A DNA stretch of 64,000 bases from Myxococcota bacterium (GTDB lineage Bacteria; Myxococcota_C; UBA6777): positions 1 through 64,000 of the forward strand of contig JAKLKB010000011.1 of the NCBI GenBank assembly GCA_023150835.1, read 5' to 3'. Positions within the stretch are counted from its first letter, which is position 1. Each line of letters opens with the position of its first letter. Shown piece after piece: positions 10,831 through 18,211 of this stretch. The notes beneath the pieces were generated by a model. That model saw only the letters and a list, made by a program, of their open reading frames with translations. It was not told where the DNA came from and searched no databases. The position numbers and the translations under genes are program-made.

Positions 10831-10913
10831 TGGGCAGGGCTGGATTCGAACCAGCGAAGCCAGAGGCGTCAGATTTACAGTCTGATGGGTTTGGACCACT
10901 TCCCTACCTACCC
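10831..10913 (-). tRNA. tRNA-Tyr (GTA), CCA not encoded
   Basis: GGGTAGG/CCTGCCC acceptor stem, TCAGA-CTGTAAA-TCTGA anticodon arm, long variable arm, GGTTCGAATCC T-loop. Confidence 0.97.
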
Positions 10914-10973
10914 GAAGTATCTTTGTTGTCACAGAGAGCGTTTTGTGCTTTGAATAACAACAAGGTGTTGCGC

Positions 10974-11002
10974 TATATAGCGAACAGGATGAGATCTGTC
11001 AA
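10974..11002 (-). promoter_or_regulatory. Sigma70-type promoter of tRNA-Tyr
   Basis: TTGACA-17 nt-TATATA followed by a GCGC discriminator. Confidence 0.75.
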
Positions 11003-11080
11003 GCTGATTTTTGCGCTTGAGTGCTTGATTCGAGCCAAGATGCTTGGTTTCACAAGATTTTTTAAGAAGAGGAGTTCGCC

Positions 11081-11320
11081 ATGATCGAGATTCGTATACA
11101 GATTGAAGTACACAACGCAGAAGAGTTGGCCCGCCAAAAGAAAGGGGGATGGGTGACGCGTTTGGCGCGGTGGGCTGGGGTGGATCTGCAACGAAGAGCA
11201 GAAGAAGCGATCGCCAAAGAAGTGGTGCAAGGGTTGCGCGAGCGTTTCTTGCCGATACTGCAAGAGCAAGGCGTCGAAGCGACGCTGCGCCTTGAGCATT
11301 CGGTGGTTTTACATCAGTGA
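11081..11320 (+). CDS. Small hypothetical protein (79 aa)
   Basis: GAGGAG RBS and ATG; plausible amphipathic sequence. Confidence 0.65.
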   Translation: MIEIRIQIEVHNAEELARQKKGGWVTRLARWAGVDLQRRAEEAIAKEVVQGLRERFLPILQEQGVEATLRLEHSVVLHQ

Positions 11321-11817
11321 CGCAACGGGCTGAGCCCCCGAATAAAGAGAGGAATCGCGTATCGGTCGGAAAAGTCCAGAAAACAACTCTGCGGCAGTAC
11401 GCAGGCAGGTGTGGGTTAAAGCGACGAGTTGTGACTCGGGCGCAGTTCTTCACCTTCCATCAACACACGTTCCGCTACACTCTTCTCGCAACCATGAGGA
11501 AACACCATTGGAAAGATGCCGAAGGGCGCTCCAAGATCACCCTTGACGTGATACAACGCGCCGCCACCGATGGCGCTCGCTTCCTCGCTCACCTCGACAA
11601 ACAACCCACCTCCATACAACTCCAACAAGCCGCTCTACACCGACAAAAAGCATGGAGCTTCCTCGACCTAGCCCTCACCGAAGTCATTGACACAGGCCGC
11701 TATCTCTTCCGAAAACAAGATCCCCTCACCCGCTATCCCAACCTACAAAGATCAACTCCCACAAAGAAAACATCCCCCCCGACCCCACAACCCACACCAA
11801 CACCTCCTACAACCTAG
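11317..11817 (+). pseudogene. Probable gene remnant or chimeric ORF; only the 3' half looks coding
   Basis: The helical segment LQQAALHRQKAWSFLDLALTEVIDTGRYLFR and the Pro/Thr tail look protein-like. The 5' half differs in composition, and the stop lies at the IS target site. Confidence 0.35.
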
Positions 11818-12647
11818 AGCGGGTTGCAGGTTTATCCAAGCATGTCCTACACTGACAGGGCAGGAGGTGTTTGGATGAAAGCGTATTCCGAAGATTTACG
11901 AAGCCGAGGGATCGGAGCTTATCGCGGCGGCGAGGGAACACAAAAAGAGATAGCAGAACGCTTTTGTGTATCTCGCAGCAGCGTTCAACAGTGGATTCGA
12001 CGACACAACGAAACAGGCAGCCTTGAACCTTCAAAAGCTGCACGCGGCCCTTCTTCCAAGCTTGAGGGAGCTGCTCTCCGTGTTCTCTTGGACTTCATTC
12101 GACGGAAGCCAGACGCCACGCTCGATGAATGCGCAACCGAACTCGGACAACAACTTGGGCTGTCCGTGAGTTCCGCGACTCTTTGTCGAGCGTTCAAAAA
12201 AATCGGGTTTTCCCGAAAAAAAAACATTGTCAGCCTCCGAAAGGCATACCAAAGCAGTCCTTGCCTCACGCTACGAATACTGTGTAAGAATTACGTCTTT
12301 TTCCCCGAAAAACCTGATCTTTCTGGATGAGTCAGGAGTGAACACTGCGATGACAAGGCGTTTTGCGAGAGCAGAGAGCGGAGACAGGGATTTTGCCCAC
12401 GCACCTCGGAATTGGGGTAAGAACGTGAGTAGGGTCGCAGCCATTTGCCACCCTATTCTCCAGACTACAACCCTATCGAACAAATGTGGTCAAAGATCAA
12501 AGAATTCTTACGCAGTTGTGAGGCACGAAATCATCAGCAGCTTGAACGTGCGATTGCCGACGCCTACGGCACAATCACACTCGCGGATCTACACGGTTGG
12601 TATCATCATTGTGGTTATGTGCTTTCATAAACCTGCAAACCGCTCTA
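11815..12647 (+). mobile_element. IS630-family insertion sequence (defective)
   Basis: TIRs tagagcgggttgcaggtttat (11815-11835) and ataaacctgcaaaccgctcta (12627-12647), 1 mismatch; TA duplication within CTAG. Confidence 0.92.
11875..12630 (+). pseudogene. IS630 transposase: A9 frameshift site plus internal deletion of the DDE core
   Basis: MKAYSEDLR HTH; A9 at 12216-12224; LIFLDESG jumps almost directly to LPPYSPDYNPIE in another frame, so the second-Asp (DN) region is missing. Confidence 0.85.
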
Positions 12648-14708
12648 GGGGCCCGACCTGACAACACGAAAACCGAGGTCATTGCTACAGTTCGTCGGCG
12701 CGTCGTAGTAACGATACGCAGCCCGCACGTAGTTGGCGTAGTCGTCCCAACCGCCACCCCGTAACACGCGGTTCGTACCTGTCGCTGCGCCTGTTGGATC
12801 CGTAGCAGCTCGCATCGGATAGGAATCGAGATCCACATACAAAGCGCGTAAGCTCCGCAGCTCCGTAGCAGAGAGTGTTGGATAGGACCCAAACCAGTCA
12901 TAGCACCACTCCCAGACATTCCCCAGCATATCGTGTAGCCCCCACGCGTTGGCTTGTTTTCGCCCCACAATATGCGTTGTCTCGCCGCTGTTCTCCCCGT
13001 ACCACGCTATCTTATCCAACTCTCCGTAGCGTGGGACTGCTGTCCCTGCACGACAAGCGTATTCCCACTCTGCTTCCGTTGGCAATCTCCACCCCTTACA
13101 CCCGACGTAATCGCTTCCCTTGTTTCCGACCCCCTCCATCTGTTCGCCACTTCCCACAAAACAAGCCGACAGCCCCTCCAGCGCGGACAGTTTGTTTGCA
13201 AACACCGCTGCATCGCACCAACGCACACACTCCACAGGTGCATCCAAACCTGCCTGAGTGAAGTGCGACGGATTCTTGCCCATCACAGCGAGGTATTGGC
13301 TCTGTGTGACGGGCGTTTCCCCCATCCAAAACCCCCGTGTGATCGTCACTTCGTGTTGCGGCTTTTCCCGATCATGGGTCTCTTGGTCATCCTCTCCCGC
13401 GCCCCTCAGAAAACGTCCCGCAGGGATCCAGCGCATCGCAAGATCCGCCTCACCCACCCGAAACACTCGTCGTTCTCCTGCCGATGGTTCCACGACATTG
13501 GACGGTGACGGTGCTGTCGCCTCGATCTTTGGTGATGCTGGCGTGGGTTGAGGCGGCGCAATCACTGTCGCCGATTTTCCAAGCAGCGCATCCCGCAACG
13601 GCAACCAAGCCTCTCGCAACGATTCTCCCCGCTGTTTCGGGTTCACAAGCAACATCTGATCTAGCGCATCATCCACGCCCTTCGATAACCCCGCCACCAC
13701 CGCCGACGGAAGCGCAAACCGACCCACGGGCAGTTCTCCCGTCAACATCTCATACACCAACACTCCGAATGAATAGATATCCGCTGAAGGAGTCGCCGCT
13801 TGACCACGCAAAAGCTCTGGTGCGGCGTAGTACATCGACCCCATCATCGCGGTGTGTTCGGTCGTATGCGTTCCACTGACTACTCGCGCTATCCCAAAAT
13901 CCATCACTTTCAATTGCTTCGGTTCGCTCGTCAACATCAGATTCGCGGGCTTGATATCGCGGTGCAAGATCCCTTGCTGATGGGCATAATCCAGCGCCTC
14001 CACAATCTGCCCCAACCAACCCATCATCTGCTCCATCCCAAACAACGGTCGATGGGCTTGTTGCGCTACCGTCGCGATCTTTTTCCCCAAGTCTTCGCCT
14101 TCCAGGTACTCCATCCGCAGATACCAGCGTCCGCTGTCTTTGTCCTGATCCAGATCGAACACCCGCACAATATGCGGATGCGACAGCTTTTCCAGCACTT
14201 CATATTCTCGGCGCATCCGCCCCAACGCTCCCGATGAACCCACCAACGCGTCCGCCAAAAACTTCAGCGCAAACGTCCGACCCAAGCGGATTTCTTCGGC
14301 CAACCACACTTCGCCCATCCCACCGCGCCCCAACATCCGCACCAGCCGATAACGCTTCCCCACCACCCGACCCACACCAAGCCCCGTCTGCCCTTGCCCG
14401 CCCCCAAATCCCGTGGCCAACACATCCGCACCGTGTACTTGGCTGAACCCACTTCCATCACCCTTCGACGGTATCGGTGTCTGCCCTTGCCCGCCCCCAA
14501 ATCCCGTGGCCAACACATCCGCGCCGTGGACTTGGTCAGGTTCGCTTCCCCCGCCCTTCGGCGGCACAGGCACCTGCCCACCACGCAACGCTTGTAACTG
14601 CGACAACACACCCGCTTTTTGCGCTTCAAATTCCGCCTGTGACAAGACTCCCGCTTGATGCAGCTTTCCCAACTGCTCCAACTCTTCCATCAACGCTTTC
14701 TTGTCCAT
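12645..14708 (-). CDS. SHOCT + Ser/Thr kinase + FGE-sulfatase (C-type lectin fold) protein
   Basis: EELEQLGKLHQAGVLSQAEFEAQKAGVL (SHOCT); LGRGGMG, HRDIKPAN, DFG (kinase); RLPTEAEWEYACRAG, GLHDMLGNVWEW, RGGGW...LGFR (FGE). AGGAGG RBS at ATG 14708. Confidence 0.92.
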   Translation of the reverse strand: MDKKALMEELEQLGKLHQAGVLSQAEFEAQKAGVLSQLQALRGGQVPVPPKGGGSEPDQVHGADVLATGFGGGQGQTPIPSKGDGSGFSQVHGADVLATGFGGGQGQTGLGVGRVVGKRYRLVRMLGRGGMGEVWLAEEIRLGRTFALKFLADALVGSSGALGRMRREYEVLEKLSHPHIVRVFDLDQDKDSGRWYLRMEYLEGEDLGKKIATVAQQAHRPLFGMEQMMGWLGQIVEALDYAHQQGILHRDIKPANLMLTSEPKQLKVMDFGIARVVSGTHTTEHTAMMGSMYYAAPELLRGQAATPSADIYSFGVLVYEMLTGELPVGRFALPSAVVAGLSKGVDDALDQMLLVNPKQRGESLREAWLPLRDALLGKSATVIAPPQPTPASPKIEATAPSPSNVVEPSAGERRVFRVGEADLAMRWIPAGRFLRGAGEDDQETHDREKPQHEVTITRGFWMGETPVTQSQYLAVMGKNPSHFTQAGLDAPVECVRWCDAAVFANKLSALEGLSACFVGSGEQMEGVGNKGSDYVGCKGWRLPTEAEWEYACRAGTAVPRYGELDKIAWYGENSGETTHIVGRKQANAWGLHDMLGNVWEWCYDWFGSYPTLSATELRSLRALYVDLDSYPMRAATDPTGAATGTNRVLRGGGWDDYANYVRAAYRYYDAPTNCSNDLGFRVVRSGP

Positions 14709-14749
14709 CGCTTCCTCCTGTCCGTTTCTTCGCGGCTGTTTCCTTTCTC

Positions 14750-14837
14750 CAAGAACTTCTGTCCCATGACGCACCCAATCCAACACTTTGGAAAGATGCA
14801 ATGGAACATCTCGCACATCGAGCTGCTTTGTTTCCAC
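14750..14837 (-). pseudogene. Possible Phd/YefM-type antitoxin N-terminal fragment
   Basis: METKQLDVRDVPLHLSKVLDWVRHGTEVL resembles the Phd/YefM N-terminus; in frame with the kinase gene. Confidence 0.35.
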
Positions 14838-15031
14838 AATGTCACCCGTTCAGCCTTCCAAAGAACACCCATCTCCGAATACAGCCAACAACGTTGCTTT
14901 TATCACGAAAGAAAGCTTCATCCGAGTCTTTTTTGTCCTCACTCCAATGCTTCGTGCATTTGATCCGACTAATTGGGCGTCTTTTTACGAAGAATTTGAT
15001 TTTGTTGAAAAAAATGGCAATACGTCGTTTG

Positions 15032-15085
15032 ACCCTCACCCCCCCAGCCCCCCTCTCCCTGCTGTCGCAGAGGCGAGGTGGGAGA
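15032..15085. repeat. CCCTCACCCCC...CCTCTCCC...GGGAGA hairpin repeat (family C)
   Basis: Similar to the hairpins at 3843-3879 and 3961-3992. Confidence 0.5.
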
Positions 15086-15405
15086 AAAAAGCTTACGGAC
15101 GACAGAGACTTTGGCTTTGCTTTCCCCATAACGCGCAGCAAACCTTGTTTGCGCCCGTGGGTCATGGGGATGTCCGCCTTTGACAGGGGTGAGGTGCGAA
15201 ACCCCGCACTGTCCGATATGATCGTTCGCAGGTTTGAACTCGAAATGAATTCGTTGGATCAAATGTTCGCGAACCGCCCGCGCCCGAAATTTTGTCTTTT
15301 CAAGCGTCTACAGCGCTAACCTAGCGCGTGTGGGGCGGCACCCCATCAAGCAAAACTCAGATCAGTCGCAGCCCTCCAGAATAAACCTTTTTCGCAAACA
15401 CCCTC

Positions 15406-16233
15406 TCACCAGCGGCTTTGAGAGGGATCGGCTTGGAGTGTGGGGTGGGTGGTCATCCAAGAGACATAAAATCCTCGGTCTTGCGTCATTTTTTGATCTG
15501 AAAAGGAGCAATAACGGGCAACTGAAACGGCGCGTTGTGCGTAGCGTCGGCTATCGGGATCGGAGGGCGGCCAGTGCATGACCATGCAGGCGACAAACAC
15601 AGGGACCGTGTTGTTGTAAGCCACCGATCCCGGGATCAAACGCCGATGGCTATAGCCAAAAGTGTGTAGGCTTTCGTGGACGATGGTGCGTGCGAGTTGA
15701 CGGACTCCGATCAAGCCGTTGACCTGAAGAGAGCGCAGATAGGACTTGCTCAGAAAAAGGATGTGGGCATCAAGGGGAGCGAAAGCGTTGGTGTGGTCGT
15801 CCAGTCCGTCTGTTTGACAAGGAAACTCTGCGTCTCGTCGAAAGGTGTTGGCGATGATCCTGGCGCGTTTTTGCGTGAGGATGCGAACCAGCCCGCGTGT
15901 TTTGCCTTTCATCAGTTGCCAGTCGCGTTTTTGTAAGAGCAAGAGACGAAAGAACGGATCACGAAAGACGCGGTGAGTGTGCAACACAGATTGACGGAAA
16001 AAGGCGGCATCACGCCCGTAGATCCCGACCACACGGCATCGTTTTCGGTGGAAGTAATAGACTTTGTACTTGCGTTCGTTTTTTCCAACACCGCGAATGC
16101 TGTCGAACGAAAACCACCATTTTCCGGCTTTTCCGCCGTTGCATTCTTTTCCATCACATGCCTTGGCATAGTTGGCCCACGGATCCAGCGCAAGCAAGGC
16201 CCAACACACCAAACACAAAAGATATCTCCTCAC
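15406..16233 (-). CDS. Secreted zincin-like metalloprotease
   Basis: Signal peptide; LARTIVHESLHTFGYSH (HExxHxxGxxH). GTG start. Confidence 0.7.
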   Translation of the reverse strand: MRRYLLCLVCWALLALDPWANYAKACDGKECNGGKAGKWWFSFDSIRGVGKNERKYKVYYFHRKRCRVVGIYGRDAAFFRQSVLHTHRVFRDPFFRLLLLQKRDWQLMKGKTRGLVRILTQKRARIIANTFRRDAEFPCQTDGLDDHTNAFAPLDAHILFLSKSYLRSLQVNGLIGVRQLARTIVHESLHTFGYSHRRLIPGSVAYNNTVPVFVACMVMHWPPSDPDSRRYAQRAVSVARYCSFSDQKMTQDRGFYVSWMTTHPTLQADPSQSRW

Positions 16234-16351
16234 GGCAAGATCCTCCCATCCGACGAGACAGATCTCTCACCATAACGCGAGGAAAAAAAAGACGTAAAGC
16301 CCCCCAACCCGTACAACTGCCCATCCCCAAGATGCTTTTCCCCGTGGCTGC

Positions 16352-17755
16352 TTAATCTTCAGCGGGTTCACCGTCTGGAGCCATCTTGACGATGCGTGGA
16401 TCGAAGCGCGCCACCACATCGACCAGATCGGACTGCGCGCCCATCACTTCTTCGATATCTTTGTACACAAACGGCACTTCATCGATTCCTGCGCTCAATA
16501 GGGTGACTCCGCGCTTGCGAAGCTCTTTTTTGGCCTCCGACCAAGAATACGTCTCCTTGGCTTTTTTGCGCGACATCACACGCCCCGCACCATGCGAAGC
16601 GCTACGCAATGAAGCGGCTTCTCCTTTGCCCGTCACAATGTACGCAGGTGTAGACATCGAACCCGGGATAATCCCCAACACACCGACATCTGCGGGCGTC
16701 GCGCCTTTTCGATGAACATACACCTCTTTTCCGCCATGTTGTTCACGCCAAGCAAAGTTGTGATGGTTCTCCACATCTGCCAACACTTTGACACCAAGGG
16801 CCTTTTGGATCTGCCGATGGATCACCGCATGGTTGGCTGCTGCGTATTCGCCCATTAGCTGCATCGCCGCCCAATACTCTGGCCCTTCGGGCCGATCCAT
16901 CTCTAACCACGCAAGATGGCGCAGTTCTTTCGGAAGTTCTGGATGCAGATCCATCGCCATCTTTGAATAATGCGCAGCAACGGCGGCTCCTGCTCCACGG
17001 CTCCCGCTGTGCGAAAGCAGCGCAAGATACACACCGGGCGCAAGCGACAAGACATTCTCCTGTTGCGTTGGCTCGATCGTAAACGTCCCAAACTCGACAA
17101 AGTGATTTCCTGAACCGCTACTTCCGAGCTGCTTGCGCGCTTTGTCTTTGAGACGCCGCGTCACTTCCGTCACGCCCCAATCGGCCTCCAATACGGCATG
17201 ATCGTGCGGGATCCGAAAACTCGCCCCCATCCCAAACCGCGTCTCTTCTTCCAAGACCTTCGAGAGTCGGTCTTTTTCTCCTTCGATCACCGAAGCGGGA
17301 AGATCCAACACCGTCAGCTTCATCCGACACGCGATATCGACCCCCACAGCGTACGGGATCACCGCATCTTCGGTCGCTAACACACCACCGATCGGCAAGC
17401 CATAACCCACATGGGCGTCCGGCATCAGCGCTCCTGCAACAGCCACAGGCAATCGGCACGCATTGCGCATCTGTCGGATCGCTTCCTCTTCCAGATCCAC
17501 TCCCCACTGCCGCCAAGGTGCGGGCTGTTCGCGCTCCACAAACACACCCTCCCCTTCTCCAACGATCTGACGCGCCAACACACCAAAGATCCGATCTTCC
17601 AAATGATCCGTCGGAGAGGCTGCAACCGCTCCCAAGACTTCGCGGATCTGCTTCTTCTTCATCCCCAACAGTTGCGCTTCACCCGCCAGCTTCTTCGCCA
17701 GCTTCACGCAATCTCCCGCAGGAATTCCCATATTCTCTAACTCTCGTGGCTTCAT
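16352..17755 (-). CDS. rtcB: RtcB-family RNA ligase
   Basis: PDAHVGYGLPIGG, GVDIAC, GSGNHF, HSGSRG, HHN, HRKGAT, PGSM, SHGAGR motifs. Confidence 0.95.
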   Translation of the reverse strand: MKPRELENMGIPAGDCVKLAKKLAGEAQLLGMKKKQIREVLGAVAASPTDHLEDRIFGVLARQIVGEGEGVFVEREQPAPWRQWGVDLEEEAIRQMRNACRLPVAVAGALMPDAHVGYGLPIGGVLATEDAVIPYAVGVDIACRMKLTVLDLPASVIEGEKDRLSKVLEEETRFGMGASFRIPHDHAVLEADWGVTEVTRRLKDKARKQLGSSGSGNHFVEFGTFTIEPTQQENVLSLAPGVYLALLSHSGSRGAGAAVAAHYSKMAMDLHPELPKELRHLAWLEMDRPEGPEYWAAMQLMGEYAAANHAVIHRQIQKALGVKVLADVENHHNFAWREQHGGKEVYVHRKGATPADVGVLGIIPGSMSTPAYIVTGKGEAASLRSASHGAGRVMSRKKAKETYSWSEAKKELRKRGVTLLSAGIDEVPFVYKDIEEVMGAQSDLVDVVARFDPRIVKMAPDGEPAED

Positions 17756-17815
17756 CGAATTTCCTTCAACGGCTCTTTGTATCGAATTGAATTGACTTGT
17801 TGGATGGGATTTGGT

Positions 17816-17876
17816 GGAGCGTTGCCCCACACCCCACAAGGGAGCTTTGCCCCCTTGACCCCGTATTGGCGAAGAG
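17816..17876. repeat. Dispersed REP-like repeat, family A
   Basis: gccccacaccccacaaggg...ccccttgaccccgtattggcgaagag. Confidence 0.65.
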
Positions 17877-17947
17877 AGCACAACTTTTCAAAACAATCAC
17901 TCTGTCGCTTGAAATGCCGCAAACACGGGGGTTTTGTCAACAAGCGA

Positions 17948-18060
17948 TACGATATCCGAGTGATGCGCACACAAACGAGATTACGTAGACGCCCTATTAT
18001 TGGGCAGACACAGGGGTCTGCCCCTACATCCTTACGATCACACAACGGGCGAATCTCGTA
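17948..18060 (+). mobile_element. MITE-like element, family B (113 bp, TA-bounded, internal REP hairpin)
   Basis: tacgatatccg...cgaatctcgta imperfect TIR; internal gggcagacacaggggtctgccc hairpin. Confidence 0.65.
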
Positions 18061-18211
18061 CCACTCCTGACTGCATTTGTTTTTGCGATCACAACGAGGC
18101 GCTATGCCCACTTCGGCCTGCTAGACGCACCATCCTCTCGACAGGTTCAAACAACTCCCTGTTCCGATCTCCGAAAACAACACTTCGTTCTGATCTCCGA
18201 AACCCCTCCGT

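Noticed and set aside
10831..12647. Integrative element at tRNA-Tyr
   Set aside because: No integrase and no duplicated tRNA 3' end were seen in the window.
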